Positions 1 to 12,095 of a DNA stretch of 64,000 bases are shown here, piece by piece (the first letter of the stretch is position 1; each line of letters starts with the position of its first letter). The translations under genes and the position numbers were made by a program. The notes under the pieces are model-generated. The model was not told the DNA's origin, did not search any database, and saw only the letters and a list, made by a program, of their open reading frames with translations. Source of the DNA: Chiloscyllium plagiosum (Eukaryota); assembly GCF_004010195.1 (NCBI RefSeq), contig NC_057719.1, forward strand, positions 31,446,370 to 31,510,369, written 5' to 3'.

Positions 1-1124
1 GCCAGACATCACCATGTCGTCTTATCCACTCGTTGTCATACTATCTCACACTCTTCACGGTCTCATGAGCTCCCATTGCTCTTGCAATCTTTTTCTGTCT
101 ATTTCTCCCCACCTCCAACTTGTATGAATGAATCAGCACATGCTTGTGTTGAACATCTTTTTGAGGAAGCACAAATGGTGTCAAGGACAGTACCCTCTGG
201 TGGGAGACCCCTAAAGGGCATAGCTGCACGACTGAGTGTGACAGGTAGTGAGGGGAGTAAGAGCAGGGAAGAGTCGACTTGACTTTGTCCTCATCAGCTA
301 TGTGTTCATGGTGAATCCTCTGACAGTATTGGCTAGAGTGACCATTGCACAGGTTTTATGGAGACTAAGTAGCATCGGGCATGCTTACAAAAGAGGTATG
401 AACCTGGTAAAACTATGACCCCGGACTACTTGAATATCAAATAGTGGAAGCAGGTACACGCAGGACTATGATCCCACAATCAGTGCATTAAAGTCTGTCC
501 AGGCTGCATCCAATTGTGAATGGTGGTGGATCAAATAACTGGAGGTGAGGCTCCACAAATATCCCCATCTTCAATGATGGGAAAGCCTATCACATTTGTA
601 CAAAAGTCAAGTCTGCAGAATTTAAATCTATCTTTAGCGAGAAGTGCTGAGTTGATGATCCATTTCCGCCTCCCTCGAGTTCCCAGAATCATAAATGACA
701 ATCAAATTCAACCTATTTGATTCGTATCATGTGATATCACAAAATGACTGAAGACGTTGGACTGGGTGCTGATAACAAACTAACAATCTTACAGAACTAT
801 CTGCACCCCCTAGCCAAGCTGCTGTAGTACAGCTAAAACACTGACGATATGGAAAATTGTCAAAGTCTGCCTTGTGCTGAAAAAGCAGGACCAATCCAAT
901 CCAGCGTCTTGCTACAGATCTTGATTGTCATTGAAATGATGCATAGGGTTGTTAATAGGACTATCAAGCAGCAATTGCAAAGGTATAATCTGCTCTTTGT
1001 TTTTGGTCAGGCCTGTTAGTTCTTGGTCCAAACATGGATAAAAGTGTTGAACTCCCGAGGAGAGTTGAGAGTGATTGCCCTTGACATCAAAGCAACGTTC
1101 CACCAAATGTGGTATCAAGGAACC

Positions 1125-1240
1125 ATTACTGAAGAAGGGTCACTCGACCAGAAATATTAGCTGTTCTTTCTCTCAACAGATACTGCCAGACCTGTTGAGT
1201 GTTTTTGTTTCTGATTTCTAGCATCAGTTCTTTCTTTTTT
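1125..1240 (+). mobile_element. Penelope-like terminal repeat fragment with degenerate hammerhead core
   Basis: CTGAAGA-ag-GGTC-actc-GACC-a-GAAA-tatt, followed by ctgccagacctg...tttctgatttctagcatc, typical of a PLE terminal repeat. Confidence 0.55.
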
Positions 1241-1620
1241 TAAAGAGAGAATCTAATCACTGCTCCTTGATATTAGTGGCATCGTTATTACTGGGTATCA
1301 TCATCCTGGGTAGGTTACTGAACTGGGCTAGCCATATGAATAGTGTGGCTACAAGAGCAGGTCAGAGACTAGGAATACTGTGGTGAGTAGCTCAATTTCT
1401 CTTTCCCCAATGTCTGTCCACAATCTACAAGACACAAGTCAGAAGTGCCAGTGGCTTGAGTGAGTGTAGCTTTAGCAACATTCAAGAAGTTTGATCTCAG
1501 CCAGGAGAAAACCATCTGCTTGATTGACACCTTATCCATTATCTTTTGACATACATTTGTTTCACCTCAAATGTGCAGTAACTTTGCCAAGGCCTCTTCA
1601 AGAAATGTCTGACTGCTAAT

Positions 1621-1760
1621 AGTTAAAAATCGCACAACACCAGGTTATAGTCCAAGAGGTTTATTTGGAAGTACGGGCTTTCGGAGCGCTGTTCCTTTGT
1701 CACGTAGCTATCTGATTTTTAACTTTGTCCACCCCAAACCAACAACAGCACCTCCACATC
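1621..1760. mobile_element. Short Penelope-like insertion (family 2) with inverted terminal-repeat piece
   Basis: Reverse-complement homolog of 61490-61590 joined to a direct 3' end. Flanked by actgctaatagtta / attgctattagtta, a probable TSD. Confidence 0.65.
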
Positions 1761-2229
1761 ATTGCTATTAGTTAGAAGAACAAGTGCAGCAGCCACTTGG
1801 CAAAAGCATGACCTGCAATTTTTCCTTCAAGTCATACATCATCTTGACTTGGCACACAATGTTGCCATTCTTTCACTGTTGCTTAGTTAAAAACTTGGAA
1901 AACCCTTCTAAACAGTACAGTAGGTGTAGATATAACATAGAGTATGGTGATTCAAGAAGACAGCTCGAAGACACCTTTAAGGCAAATTGGATGTGCAAGA
2001 AATGTTGGCCATTCCAGTGATGTCCACACCTCCTAAATAAACTAAACAAAAAAGTTATCCTTTGAAGGAATGTAGAAAAGAGAGGAAGGCACAATTATTT
2101 TGAACTTTCATATGGTACATTGCATTTATTTGACAGGATTCATGATGAGGCTAAATGTGCATGATTCTGAGAAACTAGTGAGTTTGATGAGCTGATCTGA
2201 TTCTCTATTCTGTTCCTAAAGTTTAATTA

Positions 2230-3270
2230 TAGAGTCATAGAGATGTACAGCATGGAAACAGACCCTTCGGTCCAACCCGTCCATGCCGACCAGATATCCC
2301 AACCCAATCCCATCTGCCAGCACCCGGCCCATATCCCTCCATACCCTTCCTATTAATATACCCATCCAAATGCCTCTTAAAAGTTGCAATTGTACCAGCT
2401 GCCACCACTTCCTCTGGCAGCTCATTCCATACACGTACCACCCTCTGTGTGAAAAAGTTGCCCCATAGGTCAGTTTTATATCTTTCCCCTCTCACCCTAA
2501 ACTGATGCCCTCTAGTTCTGGACTACCCCTCCCCCACCCCCAGAGAAAAGACTTTGCATATTTGTCCTATCCATGCCCCTCATAATTTTGTAAGCCTCTA
2601 TAAGGTCATCCTTCAATCTCCGACGCTCCAGGGAAAACAGCCCCAGCCTGTTCAGCCTCCCCCTATAGCTCAAATCCTCCAACCCTGGCAACATCCTTGT
2701 AAATCTTTTCTGAACCCTTTCAAGTTTCACAACATCTTTCCGATAGGAAGGAGATCAGAATTGCACGCAGTATTCCAATAGTGGCCTAACCAGTGTCCTG
2801 TACAGCTGCAACTCTTGTACTCAATACTCTGACCAATAAAGGAAAACATACCAAACGCCGCCTTCACTATCCTAACTACCTGCAACTCCACTTTTTTAGG
2901 AGCTATGAACCTGCACTCCAAGATCTCTTTGTTCAGCAACATTCCCTCGGACTTTACCATTAAGTGTATAGGTCCTGCTAAGATTTGCTTTTCCAAAATG
3001 CAGCACCTAGCATTTATCCAAATTAAACTCCCATCTGCCACTTCTCAGCCCATTGATCAATCTGATCAAGATCCTGTTGTAATCTGAAGTAACCTTCTTT
3101 GCTGTCTCATCAATCCTCTTTGTTACTTCTTCAAAAAACTCAATCAAGTTTGTGAGACATGATTTCCCAAGCACAAAGCCATGTTGACTATCCTGAATCA
3201 GTCCTTGCCTTTCCAAATACATGTACATCCTGTCCCTCAGGATTCCCTCCAACAACTTGCCCACCACCGA
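2230..3270 (-). mobile_element. CR1 (HER1-like) LINE, 5'-truncated and internally deleted
   Basis: Minus-strand ORF pieces QHGFVLGKSCLTNLIEFFEEVT, LERVQKRFTRMLPG and FFTQRVVRVWNELP; 3' tail ctctatgactctat. Confidence 0.93.
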
Positions 3271-3490
3271 TTCTTAGCTATTCTTTCCTGAAACCAGCAG
3301 GACGTTGGAGCATTTTAAAGTATTCATTTTTTTCTTTGGTATTGTGCTTTTGCATTAGCCCTCTTGAATAAAGGTTCTAGATTTAGCAATTTTATAAATT
3401 TCTGTAAGAGTTGTCTTTTTTAAACACTTCATTCATCTGAAATAATGAAATTGAGAAAAGGAATCTGATACCTAATACTTTTTTTTACAG

Positions 3491-3601
3491 GAATGACACG
3501 AGCACGGAATGAGCTGTGCAAAAATACTGTCTTCAAGGAGTTGTATGAACAGCTGAAAGCTATGTTTTCAAATGGAAGCAGCCTTTTTCATTCACAAATA
3601 G
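3491..3601 (+). CDS. FANCM: FANCM internal coding exon (approx. human exon 7), helicase insert region
   Basis: tttttacag acceptor and G|gtacca donor; 111 nt, phase 1-1. Reads (G)MTRARNELCKNTVFKELYEQLKAMFSNGSSLFHSQI, similar to human FANCM GMTRSKNELGRNEDFMKLYNHLECMF (recalled). Confidence 0.9.
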
Positions 3602-4783
3602 GTACCATGATGCTTTGTATTTTCATTTGAATAGTTTGTTCACTTTGCCCTACCTTTTGTTCCAGTGCCTCTTTACACAGCATTAGCTGCCACTTTCTGG
3701 TAAGTCTTTGCTAACTGTTTGTGGCATTTAAATTGATTTTTTTTGCATATTAGTGAATAAGTGTTAGGGTCCCAGGGTGCTGGGGAATTGCCCATTAAAA
3801 GTTTAAACTTTCCTGTCAATTTGCAAAGAGTCTGTGCTGTGAAATGCCCAAGCAGTCCCTACACTTAATTTTGAGGGTATGTCTGTATCTGACCATTGAG
3901 ATCTGGGTCATTCATTCAATTGATGTTGTAATTTACAGTAATTGCTTTTTGAAGATTGTAAAGATCAACCTAGCCATTACATTTTAAATGCTCGACTTAT
4001 AAAATCTGATGTGAAATGAACTTAAGGCATCCTTTGATATCAATATTCACTGTCATTCACTCATAGCTGGAAGATGAGGAACTTCTATGCAGATAGAGCA
4101 AAACCAAAGTGATATAAGCTGACTGTACAGATCTTTTAGAAAGTTGGCAGGGTGCTTAGAATCATATGTTGCTCTATAATGATGGCTACTGTGAGGTATT
4201 TTTGCCATGTTTTGCCATAAATTTTAAGTGGTATACTCAGTGAGGTGGCCTACTTGCATAAATATGTTCCAAAGACTAGTGGATCTATATATTTATGAAC
4301 TGTCTGATTCATTTCTGGAACAATGTAGTGCTGAAATTGGAATGTAAGTCAACATCAAATCTTGCAAAACTATGATTTCATGTTTGTTGAAAGTCTCAGC
4401 TAGAAACATCAAAGTTGACTCTCAATATTATGGATTGTATAAGGAAATTTAGTCTGGTCCTAATGGACTGTATGCTTCATATATATATAAATTTTTACAT
4501 ATATTTTTATATATCTGTATCTAAATAATCAAGTTTTATAAATCTCTTCACTTCTAATGTGTGTACAGAATATTTAATGAGGAACAGTAAAGTGTCAGCA
4601 TTTTCTTTCCTTAGAAGTACCTTCATTTATCAATATTCTGAGAGATTGTGAAGTTTTTCTTCATTCGTGATGTCACTTGGGCATTTCATCATTACTCATT
4701 GTGAAATATTGGTGTCTTTTTAAATTACAATTCTCTGCACATGTACCTGATCAACATTTATCTCACTAGCAAAATACTTTCAG

Positions 4784-4882
4784 GGTCTGAAAACAAAAAG
4801 CAATTCATCTACAGTCACCCCAAATTACAAAAACTTGAAGAGGTTGTTGTGGGACACTTCAAGACTTGGGCTGACTCTGGAG
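4784..4882 (+). CDS. FANCM: FANCM exon (approx. human exon 8)
   Basis: ctttcag acceptor and G|gtaagg donor; 99 nt, phase 1-1. SENKKQFIYSHPKLQKLEEVVVGHFKTW matches the FANCM/Hef HPKL motif. Confidence 0.95.
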
Positions 4883-5894
4883 GTAAGGTGTGTCTAGACT
4901 GTGGTATTGATTTGTCAAATAAAGCTAAGAACTTGATTGTTTCTTTTCAAAAATGTTTTACCTGTGCAGTTTTCTGAAGATAATGTTTTAATTTTAAAAC
5001 TTTTCTTAATCCATTACTGAAATTATCTTTTCTACAACAATCTTATTTTTAATGATTTGCAGCTGCAAATTGTACAGAGCTCTATTCTACTTTGTTTAGA
5101 TATAGAGTTTACAAATATCAATGCTGGACATCGAGCACATTAGTAATATTAAGGGTCAGGATTTGGCTGCATTTGTAAATTTAGTGCTGCAATTGGTGAC
5201 CAGCCTGTACCTTGAAATACTGTAGTCGTTTTGGTGACGTTGCAGTGATGATGGTATTAGACTGGAAATTCCAGGAATTTTAAATGTTAAACAATGGTGA
5301 TAAGAATCCAAATTGGGTGGAGCATGGCTTTGATTTGGTGTGTGATTTTTTTGATTAATGGAGGGATTGGAGGATGGTGTATGTTGCACTGTTGGGATGA
5401 ACGGGCAACAATGATCAGAGAACTTCAATCCAAATGTTGATGAGAAGATGTGGCTGCACCCATCCAGCTGTTTAGGCATTGCCTCATACTTTTCATTTGA
5501 GTTTAAATAGATGATAGAGAGGTGTTAAGGGATTGGATAATGCAGTTGTATAATTACAGAAAGTAAATTCAGTTATAACATGTTTTATAGTGTTGTAGAA
5601 ATATAGCACATGCTTTCATTGTAGGCAATAATTTTGCAGTTAACATTCTTTTTTTTGACAAAACATATTTTAATGAACCTCCATGTTCAACAAGGCTCAA
5701 AAGAAATTCATTTTCAAAAAAATTATGTGGAGGCTATGGAAGTGGAATGCACGCTCAGCACTGGTGAGGAAATTGGTGCTTGCAATCCCCAGTTTTGATT
5801 TGATTTAATTGAACAAATAAATTGAACTTGGCCCTTCAATTTTCCGAACAGCATTCCTTCTGTGTACTCTGAGTAGCCAAATTGAATCAATAAC

Positions 5895-7330
5895 ACCATA
5901 AGACTGTAAGATGTAGGAGCAGATGTAGGTCATTTAGCCCACTGAATCTGCTCTGCCATTCAGAAATCTTGTCTGATTTGATAATCCTCAACTTCATTTT
6001 CCTGCCTTTTCTCCATAACCTTCAATTTCTTTATTGATTTAAAAATATGTCCATATAGTTATATGTACTTAATTATATGTACTTAAATATATATTTAGTT
6101 GTATTTTGAATATACTTAATATCCTTTAATGATCCAGCTTCAGCAGTCACCTGAAGTAAAGAATTTTACATAATCAGTTCCCTTTGAGAAAAGGAATTCC
6201 TCACCTCTGTCTTAAATATTCAGCTCCTTATTCTGAGATTATGTCCTCTGGTTCCAGAATCTCTCACAAGTGGAAACCTCCTTTCCACATCTACGCTGTC
6301 AAATTCCCTCAGAATCTTGTATGTTTCAGTAAGATCACCTTTTATTCTTCCATATTCCAATGTGTAGAAGTAGAATAGTAGAAGTGGCAGATGGAGTGCA
6401 ATGTGGGAAAGTGTGATGTCAAGCACTTTGGTAAGAAGGATAGAAGCATGGATTATTTTCCAAATGGGGAGAAAATTCAGAAATCTAAAGTGCAAAGAGA
6501 CTTGGGAGTTCTAGTCCAGGATTCTCTCAAGGTAAATGTGCAGGTTGAGTCAATAGTTTGGAAGGAAAATGTAATGTTGGGATTTATTTTGAGAGTATGT
6601 GGATATAAAAGCAGGGAGGTACTTTTGAAGCCTCTATAAGGCTCTGGTCAGACCATATTTGGAGTATTGTGCGCAGTTTTGGGCCCCATATCTCAGGAAG
6701 GATGTACTGGCCCTGGAGCAGGTTCAGCTGAGGTTCAAGAGAATGGTTCCAGGAATGAAAAGCTTAACAAATGAGGAATGTTTGAGGTCTCTGGATCTAT
6801 ACATGATGGAGTTTAGAAGGATTGAGGGGGGGGTGGGGGTGGGGGTCTAATTAAACAAAGAGAATACTGAAAAGCCTGGACAGAGTGGTCATTGGTAAGA
6901 CATTTCCATTGGCAGGAGAGACTAGGATACGAGGGTGCAGCTTTAGAGCAAAAGGAAGAACCTTCAGATCGGAGATGAGGGGAAACCCTCTTCAGCCAGA
7001 GAGTGGTGAATCTCTGGAATTCACTGCCACAGAAGGCTGTTGAGGCCAAATCATTGAGTATATTTAAGATGGAGGTAGATAGATAGGTTCTTGATTGTCA
7101 AGTAGATCAAGGATTACGGGGAGAAAGCGAGAGAATGGGATTGAGAAACTCACTAGCCATGATTGAATGGTAGAGCAGACCTGATGAACTGAATGGCATG
7201 ATTTCTTCTCCTATGTCTTTAATGCCTTATAGTACAGGGACAATGTATTCGATGTCTCCTCATAATTTAGCCCTTCCTGGAATCAGCCTAGTGAACCTTT
7301 GCTGGACTGCCTTCAGTGCTATATATCTGA
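5895..7330 (-). mobile_element. Older CR1 3' fragment interrupted by a + strand CR1
   Basis: Minus RT C-terminus GDLTETYKIL...TRGHNLRI at 6220-6360 resumes at 7250-7330 (ALKAVQQRFTRLIPG). Confidence 0.7.
6371..7218 (+). mobile_element. CR1 LINE 3' portion
   Basis: WQMECNVGKCDVKHFG, QRDLGVLV and EYCAQFWAPYLRKD motifs; 3' UTR ends ttctcctatgtctt. Confidence 0.9.
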
Positions 7331-7391
7331 TTTTTTCTGCTGCTTCATTGGCTGTTAAACTAATTATCTACACTTTATGACTGCTTTTCAG

Positions 7392-7582
7392 GTCCAAAAA
7401 TATCTGAAGGAAAGAACAGTGGTGTAAATACTCGTGTTATGATTTTCTCCTCATTTCGGGACAGTGTTCAAGAGATTGCTGAGATGCTCAGCAGACATGA
7501 CCCTCTTGTGAGAGTCATGACTTTTGTTGGGCATTCTTCAGGAAAGAACACAAAAGGATTTACGCAGAAGGAACAACTTGAG
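7392..7582 (+). CDS. FANCM: FANCM exon (approx. human exon 9), helicase motif IV
   Basis: ttttcag acceptor and GAG|gtaacc donor; 191 nt, phase 1-0. Reads TRVMIFSSFRDSVQEIAEMLSRHDPLVRVMTFVGHSSGKNTKGFTQKEQLE. Missing from the ORF track. Confidence 0.97.
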
Positions 7583-9039
7583 GTAACCTGTGGTATGGCA
7601 ACTTTCAAGCACTAGTCTGGAGTTTGAGGAATTTGTGTTGTCCAAAATTTACTCAAGCATATACAGTGGAAAAATACTTTGAATGAAATCTTTCTCATCA
7701 ATAGAGAGGGAAGCCATTTTTATACACCCCTGGAGAAATCTACCCAGTACAAATACCCTATCAAAATGAGAGTTTCTGTAACCATCTTATTCCAGCTTGT
7801 TAAATTAGATGGTAAAATTCAATCAATTCTGTGTTTAATCAACTTTAAATTTCAATCAGTTACTATTAGTCCTTTTAACAATTGCAAAATCAATGAGAAA
7901 TTTAATAACTCATAGTTGCTCCATACTACTACTCCTGGTTGCTGCACACCAATAATTTACACCGAAGGGATAACTTGAGATTGTGTAAATGCATGCTTCA
8001 AAATATATTCTTAGAAACTTTTATAATGCTGCAAGTAATCAATTAATGTAAACTCTCAGTATCGTAAGAATGAGAGAGTTTATGATATTTACTGACTTTG
8101 TTGTGATAAAAGGTAATTTCTGTGATTGCATGGTGAGAATTAAGTTATTCAACAGAAAGTCGAACCAATCTTTAGATCCAAAATGTCAAAACCCTGCTAA
8201 TGGTAAATCAAGTAGGCTTGTTTCTTAACAGTTGACCAAGATAAGTTCTATGAATGACCTTTGAAGTGAGTAGCTAAAATTATTTCATTTTAAATTATTA
8301 AGCGATCCAGACCATTATTTTTTTCAGTGAAGGCACACTTCATAGGATTGAGTAAAGACCCATCCTACTGTTTTCTCTCCAGTCTAGACCTTCTGAGGAA
8401 CCAGCTAATTTGAAAACTGTCTTTATAATAAAAAAAAAGACTCTTGTCCCTTAAACTGTTTAGCACAAACAAGCTGCAAATTTTCTGCTGTAATGAATGG
8501 TTTAGAGGATTTACATGAGTTCAAATCCCTCAAGATCTTCAGAATCAATTCTACAGTTCGATTGCAGTCTAAGGAAAAATAAACTTTCCAAATCTGTAAC
8601 TGCACGTACTGCTTTGCCAATACATAAGTGGCTGTGGTTAAACCTGGCATATCAAACAATTATTTTACTTATGGATTATTGATACCTTTTCTACTATTAA
8701 AAATCTGAATCTGATAATGTCTGAGTTTAGACCTCTCCAGCAAATCCAACTTGAAAGCATAGTCTTTCTGGTAGCTTAATACACTTAAATTATGAGCCCC
8801 GCTCTGAGCCGGGGGTTGTTTTGAGGAAGCGTGTTGGTGTTCATGTTGGTGATGAAGAAAGGTAGGGGAGGGCAAGGTTGCATGATGTGATTTTTCCTGA
8901 ATTGTAGCCATTGTAGTCAAAATGCGTTTTTATACTGGTGGATATTTTTAGTCTGGCAAGTTTATACAATTTTCATTGCAAATTTTAGTGCATACTTCTA
9001 TAATAGAAACAGAAAATTATTTTAAAATGGTGTATGGAA

Positions 9040-10052
9040 AATGGAATTTTAGCATTTATTGCTTAAGGAAAAATAGTTAAGTGTTATTGCAACTGTACAA
9101 GGCATTAGTAAGACTGTACCTGAAATATTGTGTGCAATTTTGGCCCCCTTACTTGAGAGAGATAATTGTTTTGAAGATAGTTCAAAGGAGGTTCACTTAA
9201 TTGATGGCAGAGGTGATGGATGGCATTTACTTTAAGGCAGATTGAGCAGTTTAGGCCTTTCTGGAGTATGGAAGAATGAGAGGAGATCTAATTGAGGTAT
9301 ATTAGAAGCTAAAGGGGGTTGACAAGGTTGACAGAGAAAGCAAGTTTTCTCACATGGGGCAACCTAAGATGAGAGGTTGCAGTTTTAGGATCAAAGTTAG
9401 CAGATTTAAAACAGATGAGGAAAAATTACCTCTCTCAAAGGGCCACGAATCTACTAAATTCTCTACCTCAGGTTGCGGTGGATGCTGGGACATTTTGTAA
9501 ATTTGAGGAGATAAATGAATTTTTATTGTCCAAATGTGTGTGTGTGTTTTTTTAGTAATGGGTTGAAGGGTTACGAGGAGTGGACAGGAAAGTATACTTC
9601 TGCCTTGGGACCTTCCAACCACATGGGATCAATGTCGATTTCACCAGTTTCTGCATTTCCCCTCCCCCAGCACTGCCACCTTGACCTGTCCTACCTGTCC
9701 ATCTTCTTTCCCACCTATCTGCTTCACCTCCTGTCTGACCTATGACCATCACTGCCTATCTTTATCTACCTATCGCATTCCCAGCTACTTTCCTTCAGCT
9801 ACCCCCACCTCCATTTATCTCTCAGTCCCCTTGGGCCATCCCCTCATTCCTGATGAAGGGCTTATGCCCAAAATGTCGACTCTCCTGCCCCTCGGATGCT
9901 GCCTGATCGGCTGTGTTTTTCCAGGACCACACTTTTTGACTGATTTCCAGCATCTGCAGTCCTCACTTCCTCCTTACTGAGCTAAGATCAGCCATGATTT
10001 GATCAGATTGCAGAGTAGGTTGAATTGCCTACTCCTGCATGGGGCTTCTTAT
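9040..10052 (+). mobile_element. Decayed CR1 3' portion containing a Penelope insertion
   Basis: LYKALVRL.L.YCVQFWPP and RGDLIEV remnants; the 3' UTR is split at about 9598-9975. Confidence 0.8.
9598..9975 (+). mobile_element. Penelope-like element 3' end (GIY-YIG C-terminus plus terminal repeat)
   Basis: FCLGTFQPHGINVDFTSF, typical of a PLE ORF end. Hammerhead-like CTGATGA-A-GGGC-ttat-GCCC-aaaa-tgtc at about 9850-9877. Terminus ccagcatctgcagtcctcactt. Confidence 0.8.
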
Positions 10053-10526
10053 TTAATGATGTCTGTACACATTTGACAAATAAACCTGGTACCACCTGAA
10101 AGCTATACATGTGCATTGCCATAGGCAATTGACTGGTATGATGTAATTACATATTCACTCGAGGCAGTTCATGATTAATGTTGTTGTTCCTGAAAATGGT
10201 AATTCTAGCTTCATTTTACTTCATTCATACTTTGTGTAATTTTTGAATAATTGTTCTTGAGGGTTTGGAGGTGCAGTTGCATCATAAATGTCTTGATGTA
10301 AATTGGAAAATTATTATGTAATCAATAGCTGAATTCGGAATATTGATAAATGAAAGTTTTCTGCGTATTTATTTATAATTGGTGTTTTTCTGGTCAGAAT
10401 GCAAATGAGATTTTAGGATAAGCTAGTTTGTTGGGATCACATTTTGTAAAGACAAAGATAATCTTAATACTTTATAGCACTTACATTGCTTGAAAAAAAT
10501 CTTCATTTCCATATTTTCTATGTAAG

Positions 10527-10733
10527 GTTATGAAACGCTTTCGGGAAGGTGGTTATAACACATTGGTTTCTACATGTGTTGGTGAAGAAGGATTAGACAT
10601 TGGTGAAGTAGATCTCATTGTTTGCTTTGATGCCCAAAAGAGCCCCATTCGCTTGGTACAGAGAATGGGTCGGACTGGCCGGAAGCGCCAGGGCAGAATT
10701 GTGGTTCTCCTTGCAGAGGGACGAGAAGAACGG
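10527..10733 (+). CDS. FANCM: FANCM exon (approx. human exon 10), helicase motifs V and VI
   Basis: tgtaag acceptor and CGG|gtaagt donor; 207 nt, phase 0-0. Reads [69 protein letters not shown]. Confidence 0.98.
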
Positions 10734-11150
10734 GTAAGTTTTGTTTTTAAAAAAAGAATTTGGGAAAAATAATAGCCAATGTTGTAACTCTTGCAAAAAT
10801 TTTGACTTTATGTGCATTGAATTAGAATCAATCTATAAACCTATACTATGTTTACTTCGCATTAATGACCCCTCCACACTAACTGTCCTTAATTTAGCTC
10901 AGCATTTAAAAGCCTAAGGGCAAATATAACCGCTGTCTTCAAAATCTCTAGGTCAAGGGCAGCACAAAAGAATGAAATTCTCAAGTAGCTTAAATGTGCA
11001 TTAAAATTTTGCAAGTCAATTCATCTTAAAATGTAAGGAAATGTTTATGTAGGTCTGTTATTTTGTGTTCATTTGTAAGGGGATGAGTAACAAATAGGAT
11101 AATTGAATTAGTGTGTAAGAAATTCTATAGTTTGGGCTTATAAGAATAAG

Positions 11151-11377
11151 GGTCAAGATTGTGGTGCTGGAAAAGCACAGCAGGTCAGGCAGCATCCGAG
11201 GAACAGGAGAATTGACGTTTTGTGCATAGGCCTCTCATCAGAAATTTCTAATGAAGGACTTTTGCCCAAAATATCGATTCTCCTGCTCCTTGGCTGCTGC
11301 CTGACCTGCTGTGTTTTTCCAGCACCACACTCTCAACTCTGATCTCTAGGATCTGCAGTCCTCATTTTCTCATAGTC
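11151..11377. mobile_element. Palindromic Penelope-derived short insertion
   Basis: Inverted arms of about 85 bp centred near 11244. tataagaataag is duplicated at 11139-11150 and 11378-11389. Confidence 0.85.
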
Positions 11378-11848
11378 TATAAGAATAAGCCTAATGAATA
11401 TTTAACTTGTTTAATTTTTATTTCCCTGTTAGAGTGACTGAACTGAAGTAGTATAATTTCCAACGTAGTATAATTAATTGTTGCAGTGGATTTGTTTTTA
11501 TTGATTTCCTGATTGGCCTAAGTGGTTTAAAGATTTGCCATGACTACAGGGATGGAAGTCTGTTTGGTATGGAAGTCTCTGTGTACATTAGAGTATGCAG
11601 AGTTGCATCTTTGGGGGGGAGGGGGAGGGGGAAGAAAGGATCTAAATTTTTTTTAATGTATATTTGCATGTTGGCTTATGGTACACTGTCCAGAAAGGAA
11701 AGAAACAACCAAGTAGGGAGATGAAAAGTGCAATTGTGAAAACCAAGTAAAGTTACAGGAAGTTGTTTTGAATAATAGCATGGGAGAACAGTGATGCTTT
11801 AGTATTTATGAAGCTACTTTCTATTAATGGATATGTTTGTGTTTCTAG

Positions 11849-12095
11849 AACTACAACCAGAGTCAATGTTCGAAACGGAACATTTACAAAACTATTGTAG
11901 GAAATGGCAATAAGTCCTTTCACCTTTACTGTAATAGTCCACGCATGATTCCTGATGGTATAAATCCTGTTGCACACAAGATGCACATTACCACTGGCGA
12001 GTATGAATCAAGCAGTGTATCAAAGTATTCATCAAAACCAGGAAGAAAGTCAAATATTTTACTTCCAGAATCATTCACGTTACACAGAAACCCAG
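11849..12095 (+). CDS. FANCM: FANCM exon (approx. human exon 11)
   Basis: tttctag acceptor and CAG|gtatga donor; 247 nt, phase 0-1. Reads NYNQSQCSKRNIYKTIVGNGNKSFHLYCNSPRMIPDGINPVAHKMHITTG. Confidence 0.95.

Larger units (their letters stand above)
170..2052 (+). mobile_element. Decayed CR1/L2-group LINE (second family), fragments plus 3' tail
   Basis: Endonuclease/RT remnants (SDH-like, LAKL..WK..V.KK, LDIKA.F..W). Similar to the minus-strand element at 59630-63400. A-rich end near 2050. Confidence 0.7.

Noticed and set aside
6826..6846. G-run with G-quadruplex potential (also 11612-11631)
   Set aside because: This one is a slippage expansion inside a CR1; there is no evidence of function for either run.
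4784..7582. Possible lineage-specific extra intron in FANCM
   Set aside because: Exon sizes and phases agree with the recalled human exon 8/9 structure.
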